Positions 1-13,708 of a stretch of DNA of 64,000 nucleotides are shown here, piece by piece. The first letter of the stretch is position 1. Each line of letters opens with the position of its first letter. The notes beneath the pieces are model-generated. The model was not told the origin of the DNA and made no database searches. It worked only from the letters and a program-made list of their open reading frames with translations. The stretch comes from Balanoglossus misakiensis (lineage: Eukaryota > Animalia > Hemichordata). Location: assembly GCA_040954595.2 (NCBI GenBank), contig CM082587.2, positions 1,013,400 through 1,077,399 of the forward strand, written 5' to 3'. Position numbers and translations under genes: made by a program.

Positions 1-2139
1 CTGCCGAAGCAAACAGTCTAATTTTGAAACCTGTCTGAAATGAATACCTTCCCTATACCCATAATTTAGACATGATAAACCGTGTAAAAACACTTGAAGA
101 CAAATCAAGCTTTTGCAAACCTAACAGTTTTCTCAGTCCCTTTGTATTCTATGTTTACACAGGTTTTCGTTTAGAAACTGGTAAATTTACTCATGTAAAA
201 CTGATGGGTCCACTTTGAGTATCACATAATAGATAGGCTGAGGAGCTTGATTGCTAATGCAACTGTCAGACTTGAGGGGATGTAGCTAGCTTTAAAATCT
301 TAATGACTACGATTACTGAGACTGTAGGTACCAGGAGTCAAGACTCACAGTGACGAGACAGAATATCTTAAATAAAACTTAACAAGCGGAAGAAATGCAT
401 ATACAGACAACAAAAAGATGGAAATATATTTGTTGGTTTTGTGTGTAAACCACTGTGTGATGTAATATTAATATGAAAACTACCTCTCTGGAATTGCCTT
501 TCCATACTCAATCTCTGTCCATCAATCTTGCATCTTTTATTACAGTGATGTGATGCGTGCAATAACCATGAAATATGTATCATATCATATCCTATCATAT
601 CCGATCATAAATCATATATATATAATGAAAGGCAGAAAGTCAGATTTTTTTATTTTAAAAAGACAAGATCAGTCTACTTTGATGCCAGTGTTTTCATGAG
701 TTTTGACTGCAGGGCTGTGCAGACGCAATAATATCAGAAATGAAATGAAAAGACGTCCAGAGGTGATGTATAATTCATGATGAGGCCATACCTATCTTTT
801 TTGCATCAAATAAGACGTGCTTCAGGCAGCAATTTCTCCTGTAGTGCTCAAGCAGTGCTTTTAATCTGTGAGTTCCAAATTACGCATCAACCAGGACACA
901 TATGAATACAACATAATATTGCTTCTCAGCAATAGTGGACATCTTTTTCATATCAAGATATAAAAAGAATTCACTACAACATTCAAAACAGCCATTCACT
1001 TGCACTTCATAATTTAATTCAAAATTCAGAGTGTAAAAAAACGAAAATTTCATTCTATATTTAATCCTAATGAGAACGGACTGGCTACACATTAATTCAT
1101 CACCATAAAATATTTATTATCTTGTAAATTTTCTTTAACAGGTCATAAAGTCCTGTTTATTACTCCAAGGGGAGTGCTCTACATACTTTATTAGTCGAAG
1201 GTGTCAGCTATAGAGGACTTTAATTTACCAGTTGTGCCCTTAAGGCACTTTTACAAACTGTATGTTCATGTAAAGTCACTGCACAGACTAAGGCATATAA
1301 TGCTCGGTCTGCTGTAACAAAAAATACAGACTCGTATACCACAGAATTTTCTGAGGTTATCTGTCTGTGAACTGTGAACAGAAGATTTGTGAAATCAATA
1401 TTTAATATGATACATCAGAAATATGGCTGTATTTACCAAGTGTATAATAGTACAGTGGAGCTTCCCTCTAAGTGAACATAAAGTCATTTGGTTGTAATGA
1501 AAGAAAAAGGCATCCCCCATATGTCCATTCATTTCCAGATGTTTTTGTCAGTCGGCGTGTTTGATTGTCAAGAGTAGTAACAGTATGTACTGTGTTTATC
1601 CGGTCATTTTGAAGCAATTTCGATGCAAGCCTACACTACCATTACATGTTTTGTATTTTTCCCACACGTAAGCCACTTAGGCTTTGTAGCCATGGGACTT
1701 TCACATCGAATGCAGATTTGCTCTGCCTCGAAAAATTGATGGCAATCATAAAACTACGAAGCGAGGCAGCTAGGTGATTCCCTCCATAAGAATTATCAAT
1801 CTGGACTGTTTCAGTTATTATGTGTTCACGGCAAATGTCAGGAGAGCCCCCATGGTATGGTTTTGTTCGCCTGAAATCAAAGGTGGCTGTATATAATCAT
1901 CCCCAGACCCCAAGCACGGTAAAACCCAGATGTAATTTGTCTGTTTATGGAAATGTCAGGTATTCCAGAGGTGATTGGGAGAGAGAGAATTCATGTGCCG
2001 GATCAGTCGAGCCGCAATCGAATTCTGATCTGCTGCAGACTCCCTATAGAGTGATATTTTAGACGTGGATGTCTGTCCATTGTTGTAACAGAAGCTATAC
2101 TGTCTGAATGGTGATCACATGAACTATCATCTATGTGTC

Positions 2140-2193
2140 TCATCATCACCACCACCATCATCACGATTATCATCATCTTCATCATCATCATCA
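2140..2193. repeat. Imperfect (CAT/CAC)n microsatellite
   Basis: catcatcaccaccaccatcatcacgattatcatcatcttcatcatcatcatcat read directly. Confidence 0.9.
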
Positions 2194-2965
2194 TTTACAT
2201 ATAGTTAAAGGGCACACTTCCTTGCTTGGACATCCAAGTGAAAATCTGTGATTGGCTAGATCTCAACTTTCTACAGTAACTATTTTGCATAAGTGACCAT
2301 ATACATGTACATTAATACACCACAATAGGTAAAAAGCCTGTGATTATGACAATACAAATAAAGCCTGTTAACAAGTTCTGTAAAGTCAATCAAAGTTAAA
2401 CTCTCTTTCAATCGCAAAGCTAGCTAATGCATTGTTGATTAATTGAACAAGAGGTTAGCCATCAACAGTCAACACAGCCATTATCTGCCACGAAGGTGGA
2501 AATGTATATTCGGTTTAATAAAAAATAGAAAAGGTGACCTACCTTATGGATATTCCGTGCATAAATGACAGGCCAAGATGTCAATGTATTCATCGTCTCC
2601 TTTGTTGGTGATGTTTTGGTCCTTTTTCCCTTTATATGCAGTTGTAGGGTGCATGCCCAGTAGGTTGAACACTTGCCAAGTCAAACTGTGTGTGGTGTTT
2701 GCTGATTTGGACATACGATAGCTCTTCATTGGCAGGGTGCCAAGTGAAATTCAAGGTCAGTTTGCTCGCTGTGGTCAGTTGTATTCGCTTGGGTCGTGAA
2801 CTTTGCGTCAGTGTAAATAAGTGTCGTCTTAAAAACATTAAAACCGACACAAAGTCAAATTCAACTGCTTGATTGGAGAGGCTGTTGATTTACCTTAATA
2901 CACAAGCCTTTACTTTTATCCCTGAAGTGTTCTTTCATAAAGTTTAATATCCCTTATTGTTCGAG

Positions 2966-3003
2966 GTTGCCTAGCAACTAGTGATAACCGTTGCCATGGT
3001 GAT
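2966..3003. promoter_or_regulatory. Pair of RFX X-box motifs, candidate promoter
   Basis: GTTGCCTAGCAAC (2966-2978) fits the X-box consensus GTNRCC-N0-3-RGYAAC; GTTGCCATGGTGAT (2990-3003) is a second, weaker match. They lie just beyond the AJM1-like poly(A) signal. Confidence 0.45.
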
Positions 3004-3417
3004 TCGCGAGGTCTGGATTTCAATCGCAAGTGTCAAGTTCCTCCAGTGCTTTTCTGAACCCACTGAAAGGAGCAATAAATGATCAATCATGTTCCAAGTG
3101 ACGCGTGTAATTCTTAGGGCGGTTCACCGTTCACCGATCCCATTTAAAGTCCTGTAATATGCAAACCAGTAGGGCTTACATCTGTGAAAGCTTTGAGTCA
3201 TCTGATACCTTCGTAAATTATGCGATTTTTATTTCCAATTTGGAAAAAGAAATAATCGCTTTTCGCGTTTGCTGGCTCAAATATGATGAACTCTTCGTGC
3301 ACTAAAACCACCTGTTGATTTTAAGTCTTTCGAGATTTAAAGCCAGATGAAATGTCCATGAAATTCTGCTTTTCGGCGGAAATTGAGTTTATTCTGAGTT
3401 GCAACCACATGTGGAGT

Positions 3418-6400
3418 TCATTTTGTATTATCATGTCTGTGTCTAGGACTTTTTATTTCCGGCGATTTCCCCGATTCCTCCATGGCGATAGCGACGCTGC
3501 TCTCAAGTCTTTCAATCTCAGCGTCAAGGTCGATGTTTTCTAGCAGCTCTGGGTTCAAGTTGGTCACCCATCCAAGTGCGTCGGGGTCACTGGTAGGCAT
3601 GATGACACACATGAACTGTTTTCCGCTTCTTGGATCAATGGGATATATGCTCATCGGTGCGAAACTTTCGTTGTCTTCAACCCAAGCGCATAACTTATTG
3701 TAGACTGCAGGATAGCGATGACGCAGACTAACTCCTCGTTGTCGCAAATTTCTTTGGATGTTGATGAAGCAAACTTGGCGCGATTTCTTATCCAGTCCGC
3801 CGGTGCTTGGTGATCCTGGTGGGGCTGTGAGGATCATTGTTTCCAAATTTTCTTTCACTTTTGGTGTCTCTCGTCTGGGACTCATTAATTGTTCACTCAG
3901 TCGAACTTTAGCGCATTTCTTTATTGTTGTACCTTCGTGTCTTGGAAGCGGTTTCCTTGGTGGCTCGTTGCTAACAACTATTGCCACATTCAGAACAAAC
4001 TTCATCTCTGGATTATACGTCTTGCACATCTGAATCAAAACTTTCATGTGTTCGCCTGTAACGCCAGATTCTTCCAGTTCCCGCAATGATGTAAAAGTCG
4101 GCGGTATTTCCATCTCGCAGACGCCCGATTTTAGATATTCCTCGGCAGAATCTGGATCGCCGAAAAGTAACATCAGGCAGCCTCTACCGCGAGACAGATA
4201 TCCAGTACGTGCAACTCTGGAGAGCGCCTGTTGAGATTCATCATCATATCGACTGTGGTAAATGATATGTTTACAAGCACTGCTAACGCGGCTAAAAATA
4301 CACTTTTTCTTGTGTTTTTCCCAGTGTGTTTTTCGACACTCACGCGAGCAGTAATATGTATAGCAGTTGTGACACGATTTGTATGTTTTCCTGGCCTGTT
4401 TTAAGGGCATGGTTTTGCCGCATTTTTTATTTCTGCATTTGACCATGATGAGTTCCTCGCCGAGTATATCCTCCTTTTCATCACAAGTATCACCCCCCTC
4501 ATCCAACCTGTGCTCATGGTGATCGCTTTCATCCAATCCCGTTTCATCTGTCGGGGACTTGACAACAACAGAGTCCAACGTGGCTGTACTGACGTCAGTT
4601 GATGTGGTGATCTCCTCTTCGTTCGCGGTTGGACTTTCCGGAAAGTCGAAGAAACTCAGTTCGGCGAACTCTCGTTCTTTCTCCAGCTGTTTCCCTATAT
4701 CGTGCACGCTTGTCGTTGGACTGGGCGACAATGCTAAGAGACTATCGATAACCTCCTCCATGGTTGTCCCCGGTGCGTGGATAGCAGAATCACTCGACAT
4801 GAAAGTGTCCTTGTGGTACGCCTTCTCGTAGAAACTGCTATCGTCCTCATTCAGGGACGTGTCTGTGATGGTTATGGCCAGGTCTTGGTGGCTACCAGGT
4901 GCATGATCCCGTCTTTTGGCCAGATCTTGACTGGAATATGAAATGATCGGGAAATGTCTATGATATCCTTCCCTAGGGCTTCCATCTGGATTGTAATTCG
5001 GATCAGGTCGCGGACGTGATCGATTTGAGAGATCGTCAACACTTAGGGAAACAACTCTGATGTTATTCATCGAAGATAATTCATTCCTCACTTTTAAGTT
5101 TTCCAGCGACTTTGAGGATCGCCTTTCCGCCGGAGGGCTTAACAGACTCGTCGTTTTCATACCAAATGTTTTATTGGCATCGAAATCAAACCCTCCCTCC
5201 TCTCTGACCGTCGGTAACGAGTCTACTCTTTTCCCAATTATGGACGTATCGCTCTTTCGTAATGGGCTGTAGTTATCTCGCAGCGATCCATTATCGGACG
5301 GCGTCTCGTGGAAACTGAATGAGCCTAATCGATGCTGCGGTTTGGTCAAGGCGGAATCGCTCTTTCTCCACGTTTCTTCGTCGGATGCGAACGCTTCCTC
5401 CATTCCGAATGAGCTGAGTCTGTGAGCGTTAGCGAGATCGGGTTGAGTTTTGTACTTTGTCAGCTTGCCAGGAAGATCATCTGCAGAACTTGCAAATGCT
5501 TCGTACCTCTCCATACAAGTCAACGTTAAGTCCGTTTGACTGCCGGATGTGACGGTTTTTGGCTTTTTGTCCGGAGCGTCATCTTCGGACACCAATGGTT
5601 TTATCTCGACGTAAAAATTCGGTGACTGTCTCCGTGTCGGTGTTATGCTTGTCGGATGTCTTGATTTACTGACTGTAGAGGTATTTTTAAGTATTGAGGT
5701 TGTGTCATCTTTCGGAGAGCTGTCTTGTTCTTTGAACAAATAAAATGATGAGGGAGAACCCGCCGCGGATGATGGTGACTCTCTTCCTGGGGAGATCTGA
5801 ATCAAGGGCGGAGGTGTCACGCAATTTGAATACGGAGAGTCTTTGTATTTAGGAGATGATGACACAGATGGTTTCAGGTACAAAGAAGACAGTTTTTCCT
5901 CTTCACTTTCGATACTGTCTGGCGACGTTGCTGGTCTGCGTTGGCTTGAAATGAGCGCTTTTTGGTCGCTGAAAGTTGGCCATTTTCGCTCCGGTGATGA
6001 CGGTTTTCGTTCTGGTGACGGTAGCGACCGCAGCGAAAACTGTCGACGCTCTGGCGAAGTTGGTGGTGTTTTTGCCGTGTCTGTACCAGAGAAATCGGAC
6101 CTCAGTTTCCTTGGTAATGTTTTGGACGGAGACGTAGGCGTTTTGGGAACTATGGGACAATCTCTGTCGCATTCTGATTCAGACTTGCTCAAGGGGCCGT
6201 CTTGATAAGTCTGGTTAGTTCTGGTAGAACTATAAGAAGGACTTTTTGTTTCTGTAATAGTCCGATCAGACGCCGACGTAGACGATGAACCCGATTCTGA
6301 GGTACAGCTGCCATCGGGCTGACGACTATGAATGATGGTCTCCCGATTAAAAGATGTTGGCGTCAGTTTTGATCTGGTCTCTTGTATTTGTGGGGATGGA

Positions 6401-9400
6401 CTCTTTGATTTCTGATCAAGCGACGGTGGTTCAAACACCGGTGTTGGAGATCTGCAATCAGACATTGGCGAGTCTGTATACCCCGGAGGATATTCTGATC
6501 TTAGCTGCAGTTGAGACTGGATGCTTCTTGGGGGCACTTCCGTTGATGGCGGCGTCTTCGGTCGCTGATTGTCGGTGATGACGTCACTTGACTGTCGCGG
6601 TTGTGATGCTCGCTTTCTCGTTTCGTCAAAATGTACTCGCGATGGCGATTCGGTGGCTTGCGATGTACTAACTTTTGGCGTTTCATATTCTGCTCTAAGT
6701 TCCCACGGTGATTCAAACTGTCTCTCTGTCTCCCGTTGCCGTGGCAACGCACTGCCTTGAGATGAAACGTGAGCTGGGAACGGCGTACCCGTGGAAATGC
6801 AATGAGGAGGTCTTTCTCTTGATTTAGATGAGATTGGATACCGGTGTGTCGTCATGGCAACCGGCTGTGCCACCGCGCGCGGACTCGAACGAACTTGCAC
6901 CGGATGGTATGGCCTTTCGGACAAATTGTCGACAGAAAATTGTCTCTCAGATTTAGCTGCATTTCGTGGTGACATCTTTGCAGAAGGCGCTGGTAGAGTG
7001 TTTGATTTGTTATCGGTGATCTGTTGGTCCCAAACCCTTCTTTTCAGCATCGCACGAGGGGGGAAACTATACCTGTAAGGAGGAGGTTTTTCCTTGGCTG
7101 CCAGAGTTTCGGATCTTTGCAGACTTTTCCGCACGACATCGGAATTCTTAAACCATTCCGGCAAATCAAGCGACTTCAGTGACTCCTGTATTCGCCTCTC
7201 CTCGCCGCTTTCCGTTCCATTACCCACAATCCTTTTGCTGTCGCCAAGCAGATGTGGTGACTTGTAACTCATAGATGGATTAGCGGCTTGGCGCCTTTGG
7301 TCTACTGTTTCGTTCCTCTTTCCCCATATTAATCCGTCTGTCTCGACAGGCGTGTGAATTTCTCTTCTTTGATTCCTATCCAACTGAGGAGATATTAATG
7401 ATGCTTGCGGTGAAAATGTCTCCGATAAACCCACCATGTCTCTCATCTCATCACCCGTCAGTTGGGTTTCTCTGACCGCCGGGTACGAATATCTGTTGGT
7501 CGGACTTCGCTTGCTTTTTGGAAGCGTGAAATTTCTCCTGTCAACTCTGGCTAAAGCATTTTCGATGGAGTCTATGGCGCTACGATACGACGGTCGCTCT
7601 CTGGGTTGGGACATTGCAGTCTCAGAAATGTTCACCTGTTGATTTCGAGTCGGTGACGTCACAGGAAGATACTGGGAAGGCGATTTGTTAATATCTCTGC
7701 GTTCATTGCAACCGTCAAGTTGTATTGGATCGGAACGTTTCCCGGCAATGGTCTGTCCTTCATTGCCAGCCCCTCCCTGCTGTCGTCCAACTCGTTGATG
7801 TGTCGCTCCGTAAGGCGGCGGTGGGGACATCGGCGACCGAGCCAGCCTTTTCGTTCGTAACATCGCCTCCCGCTGTTCCTTCTCCCTGTCACTCACGCCG
7901 CCTGTCGTCGTGAGGTCGGGTCGTTCCTGAATATCAATTCGGTTCACAGCAGACGGTTGTGAGGCCGCTGTCCTAGAAGGACCGCTCTTTTCACTGATAA
8001 AGTACTCCCTGTTCGCGTCATCACCTTTCAAATCACGCCGTCGGGGAGGATTGACTTTCGCATACACGCCTATATATCCACCCACAGCTGATCTGATCCT
8101 AATGTCCTGATTAATATTACGAGAAACCCGCCTTTCCGTCTCGCTGCTGTCGTTCAGTGCATTCGGAACAGCTTCAAATCGCCTTGATGTTTGCATGCTG
8201 TCGTCGTAAGCACTAGACGGCCATGCATCCACATATTGCCTCCCTTCCAGTTGGCTTGGCTCGTCGCCAGAAATCTGCGCTCGTTTATTAGGCCAGCTAT
8301 TCTGCCACTGCATCTCAACGCTTGGGTCGTCCTCAAATCTTTCCTGAATAAAAAATAATCAAAATACAACCGTTACTTCATCAAATGTAATGAAAATAAA
8401 CACAAACCAGTGGTGTGTGTTATTTTCGTGCATGCGTTTGGGGCGTGCTTTGCGTTTTTGATGGATTCAACTACATTTTCAGTATTTTGTCAACAGTTTG
8501 ATGTGAAGTGGCTCTCTGTCTCTCTATTTGTCTCTTTCTCTGTCTTTCTGTTTCTCTCTCTCGACGGCTGTGTGTGCGATATGTATATTATGCGCACGAA
8601 CGAGTTTATCGCAAACTTATACTGCGTATTTTTTCTGATTGACGTGACTTATGAGTTCGTGAGTCGGTAAGCTTATACACACCACGAGTCAACCTTGTTC
8701 TTGTATTATTTGCATAACAAGGGGCATTATTTTGTTGTTGTGCTTGAAAGAACAGACTTTATTCTTTTTAAAAAGACTGCGTAATATGGGGTTACAGTCA
8801 GAAGAATGCAACCAGAAACAACAGAATTATTTTAAACCATTCTGAAACCGACGTGCGTACACAAAACCATAAATTAGTTTTTGGCAGTTTGACGTATTCC
8901 CCTGATAGCGATCTTTTAAGTTGAGTCATGTACAGGCCTAACTCAGGTGTTGATAATCAAGTTGAGGAGTACACGCGTTTGGCCTGCTCTGGGCTTATCA
9001 CGCCTTGCTTTTCTTCTCTTGACATTTTTTATTGTAGAAAATCTATCAATGTGACTCCCGCATGTTCGACAAACCTGGTCAGATCTTTCTTTTTGTAGTA
9101 CATCAATAGGTGCTGGGTTGGTTTCTGTGCAATTGTGTTGAGGACTTATTTACTTGTGGGGCCCAACCTATACAACTAGCATTGGCGGTGTTTCCCAGCG
9201 TGTACAACGCCGCGTAACAAACAAGACCATACGATGTGCTTAGCAACATCTCTTTAGAGGTCTCTCCTTGTTCAAGCCGTCCTGATTTCAAAGTAACATT
9301 GCCATATGTGGCGTGTCTTTTTTTCTCTCCTGTTCTGCGTATGGCGCGTCTTACCTGAGCTCCCAGTCGTAAAAGATCTTGCCTTCTGTTGTGGTGGCCT

Positions 9401-11118
9401 TTCATAGCGCCCCTATTATCCCCGACCACAGAGTGCGGTTCCTTCTTATGTTCGTGCATACTCGTGACCCGATCCGTTCGTTGAGTATTCGATATGTCGT
9501 CTTGGGGAAATAAATTAGAATGTCGCCAGCCCTCGGGGTCCGCCCGTACATCATCCTTATGAATGGATTTACTACTAGAGGCCGTGCTTACTGTCTGCCT
9601 GCTATTACGAGACTGGCCATTAGCGGAGTTACAACTACTTGGGCTAGCTATTCCGCTATCTGCGTCCGTTATCGTATCCCTGTTATCGTGATGAGTCACG
9701 TTCAAAGTTCTCCCGTAGTCACCCCCTCTGTTTACGGGGCTATGGCTGGGACGGTTCTCGTAACGCATACGCATGTAGTTACTCGTTTCAACTGGATCAT
9801 GTTGTTTGCCTTTGGTCGATTCCGTGGATGCATTTCCACCGTAATACGGCCGTTCCATGTACTGCTCGTAAATCCTCCTCTGGATTTCATCATAAGCAAT
9901 GTCAGAGTCTACACCCCGCGGAGTCTGTGACGCACTTTCTGCTGCACCTGTGTGCATTCTTTCGTAATTAAAGTTCTGATCTACTTCTCTGTCCTGGCTT
10001 AGATGTGGTGGATAGGCTTTAAACCCGTACGATGCTGGGCTGTCCGGAAAGCTCTCCATCGCGCCGGACTCGTACGCGTCGCTGTAAACTGCGCTTTTCG
10101 ATCCGTCAGTTCCAGCCAAGCGTGTCTCCGTTCCTTTCTGGTCTTGCACTGACTTGAGATCACCTGCTTGTTGTGTCGTTGTGGTCTCCACTGAACTTTC
10201 AGTCCCTGTTTGGGGCTCTTCACCTCCGTGAGAATCACACGACCCAGGGAAGGTCACGTTAGCGTTGACGTGGTCAAGCAGTTTGCTATTAGTGTTACTA
10301 CTACGCTCACCTATCTGGGACCACTTCAAGTGGTCTTGTTGAATCGCCTCTCCTCGATTGATCACAATGGAGCGACCACAATTAGGCAATACTCCAACCG
10401 TTTGTTTGTGATTGGTTAAAGTCTCAACCAGTATATTAACCTTGCGAGCTGTGACTTGGGCTGCATGAATCGCCTGTAACAGGCGCTCGTAATCGATCGC
10501 ACTAGTTTCCAAGTCCGTGTAGACTCCCTCATGCGGCCAACTGTTTGATTTTGCTGCGCCGCCGTTATCCCCGTCAACTGTTCGGTTTTGTCGGTCGTTG
10601 TCCGATTCTGTACCCCGGTTTCTGTTTGCACGCTCTCCACACGAGTCCTCATTTTGTTGATCATCATTATCCCCACCACCATCACCATCATCTTCATCAT
10701 CACTACTACCATCATCGTTGTCGTCACTGTCATCGTCTTCATCGCTGTCTTCATCGCTCGTTTCATCACTGGCCTCCTCTGTTTCCTCCTGGATCACATG
10801 AAGACCGGAAAAGTACTGCATCCTCAGCATTTCAGATTTATTCCTGATGCGCGCATTTCCAGGATTGGTTATTTTGAATTTCTTGACGACGTTATTTCCC
10901 GAACACAAATCCTCATATTCTTCGTCGTTAATTATCTCACGGTACTCCTTATTCCCGAACCACGACCGGGAGTTGCTTTCCGGAGCTGCTCTTCTGTTGT
11001 CGTCGACGACATATCCTGGACTGGCATCGTCGCTGCTGCTGCCGTCAAGCAAATTGGCATCTACCCGCGTTGTTATCCATTTGCCGCTTGGTTGTTGAAA
11101 GAACTGCGCTCCTCGCAT
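3418..11118 (-). CDS. AJM1: Apical junction molecule 1 (AJM1/C9orf172)-like protein, about 2230 aa; exons 11118-9355 and 8343-3418
   Basis: C-terminal region has a MYND-like zinc finger (CRNKKCGK...SCHNCYTYYCSRECRKTHWEKHKKKC) followed by AJM-1-family motifs (LSRVARTGYLSRGRGC, IQRNLRQRGVSLRH). The 683-aa ORF joins the 1631-aa ORF in phase 0 via donor GCTCAG|gtaaga (9355) and acceptor ttttattcag|GAAAGA (8343). A further upstream exon cannot be excluded; AATAAA on the minus strand at about 3230. Confidence 0.8.
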
Positions 11119-12762
11119 GGCCGGCGCTGATGTCAATCCACGCCGACAGAACACCTAGGCTACTGAAGAGAACCTTTGTAGAGTAAAGACACCCAAGTAC
11201 TGGCTGGCTATATCCGCTGTGTGAGACTCCCTCTGATTCGATGCACCGCGGTCACGTTCTGACAAGTGACAGATGATATTGGCGTCCTGACTTGAATGTA
11301 AATTTCCCATGGCAAGCTTATTACAGCGGCGAGTCGACTCTGTCTCTCAAATATTGCATTACATACAATTACTCCCAAGCTCACGTCCAATTCAGTGTTC
11401 ACGAATACCCGTAGGTCGAATTTTCTTGCCCAAATACCGCCACGGGGGTTGAGTTGTTCCTTTCATTGGTTGAGCCTGGTTGCTTGTATACAGCAAAATT
11501 GATTACCTATTTACACCCCCCGTTATTATGCAAGCATATTTAAGTTGTTTACATTTAACACAGAACATGTACGTACATAGATTCAATATATATGTGCTCT
11601 CACAGGCGCACACTCATACAATAATGATATCCGAAACCAATTTATTCAGTATCGGATTAATTTCATTCCATAACGATTAAATTGTTCAGGAAAGATTGAT
11701 CTGTCGATATTGAACGCTCGATATTGAATGGTGTCAGACACACACACTCTCTTCAGCGACACGGAAGACAGCCTATTAAGTGTCCGGATTAAGATCACGT
11801 GACGTGATCAACGATGTTACCTGGTGACTCAAGATATATCGGTTCATTTATGACGGCTCTACAAATAAAGCCACGCCCACTCTACTTTTATGAATCGATG
11901 CATGCCATGTAAACAATCGAAGACTTAAAACGAAATTGGAATCTCTAAGGGCGTAAAGCCGCATGGATTTCGCAGTATAAGTGACTGCACCCTAGACGGC
12001 GGGCAACATTTAATTGAAGAAATGAATTTTAGTTGGTTATAGTGGAATGGGGATTTTTTCTCGAACGGTGGCCTTTTCAAAGATGACGGTACCAGTAGAA
12101 GTCGACGAAACACGGCGTTGTTAAATTTTATAGGAATGCGGGTCGATAGCTGTAGTCTGTGGGTTTAGACTCTGACGTTGGGGTGTTATAAATTCATGTC
12201 CAATTATATACATAGATACCGACCATCTTATGGGACAGGTGTTTCTTATTTGAACTGGAAAAATATATTTTATTGACCCAATCTGTCTTACTTCTCCGCT
12301 TTCTGCGGAAAGTTCCTTTAAGTGGTGTTTTTTTTCGATTGAGGTGTTAATGTGTTCATGATGGTAAATGGCGTAGAGATAGACCGGAATAACAAGAAAC
12401 GCGAGGTATCACACTGTGATAGAATAATGTACTGATATCGCGGTTTGGAAGATTTACTATCAGTTCGAAAGTGTAATCCTGTTAACGGAAATTACATTTA
12501 ATTAGATCCGATTAGCAGTGATTTAATAGACGAATTTCCCGAACGGGTCTTAATACTGTCAGAATTTCTTCATGGCTGTTAAGTCCATGGATGGGTTGGC
12601 ATACTGTCGATTTTCGACAAAATCAACAAAACCTACAACTATCGTCGACTGTAAAGAGTTTGATATAGACAGGAGAGAGAAACTGTTTATGTTTCCTTTC
12701 TGTGGTCTGTTTTTGCTCTAATGTATGCCTTGGAAATCGTCAGCAGCGACAGATACTTTCTC

Positions 12763-12915
12763 TTATCACTAGATAACGATCATGAATAATGGCGACGACG
12801 TGGGATAGTAGTGGAAGTTATCACTAGATAATGATCGATGAGTAACGGCGATGACACGAGGACACTGATAGAAATCCATTATCACCAGATAATGATCTAT
12901 GAATAGTCGTAATGC
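12763..12915. repeat. Three degenerate 55-61-bp repeats, each with inverted GATA sites
   Basis: TTATCAC(T/C)AGATAA(C/T)GATC starts at 12763, 12818 and 12879, each followed by a similar ATGA(A/G)TA segment. Confidence 0.7.
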
Positions 12916-13667
12916 TTACGACACTGAACGGTTGTTGATGACATTTATTTATTCCAGGATAAGATTGACGTAGCCTATATCAGAGCCTCTTTTGATTTCG
13001 TGTCTTCATTTTAAAGGCCGATGATTGTCGTGTGCGCATGTCCACAAAATTTAACGTGGCTTTTATTTAAAAGAACCGACATTAGTCGGATCTGAAATGG
13101 TGGATAGTAAGCAGTTTTCAACTTTCCTCGAGCAGAAAAATAAGACGTTGTTAACTATAATTCCAAAATTGCCCTGAGGCGACATTAAGCCCATCCCCGC
13201 GACCGACGGTCATCAAATCAACCTCCGCTCCAGTTGCAGCTGAGGGCGAGGATTGCCCTCCGAGCCATTTAGAAGCAGACCTCGTCTGTGCATTTCTTTA
13301 ATCGGCTTTTCTTCTTTGAGTTAAGAACATTCGAACAGACTTTCCTTCTAATTCCTGGCAGTAGCCCCAAATCAAAGACAGTTAATAAGCTCTCTGTCTA
13401 GCGACAGTAGGTCGTTACTACCCTTGTGCATTAAGTACATCAACTTGAGTGTGTGCTCACTTTCATTCGATTAGACCCTAATACGATATGATGGGCCGGT
13501 AGATATGGACTTCCCCAATCAGTACCAAGTGTGTACACAAGTCATCTATGCACTCGTCTGTAACAACATGAAGTGAAAGGCTGGAAAATCAAGCGAGTTT
13601 GCTAAGACGTGTGTGTACGTCATGGCGTAGCCGTCAGCACAGTAGTGGAAGTTGTTTAGTTGTTGCG

Positions 13668-13708
13668 ATGATGATGATGCTGTTGTTGTTGTTGGTGGTG
13701 GTGGTTGT
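13668..13708. repeat. Compound trinucleotide microsatellite (GAT/GTT/GGT)
   Basis: gatgatgatgatgctgttgttgttgttggtggtggtggttg. Confidence 0.8.

Noticed and set aside
9103-9354. C-terminal part of the 683-aa ORF as the end of a separate gene
   Set aside because: Composition changes after a consensus donor at 9355 that splices in frame to the AJM1-like exon
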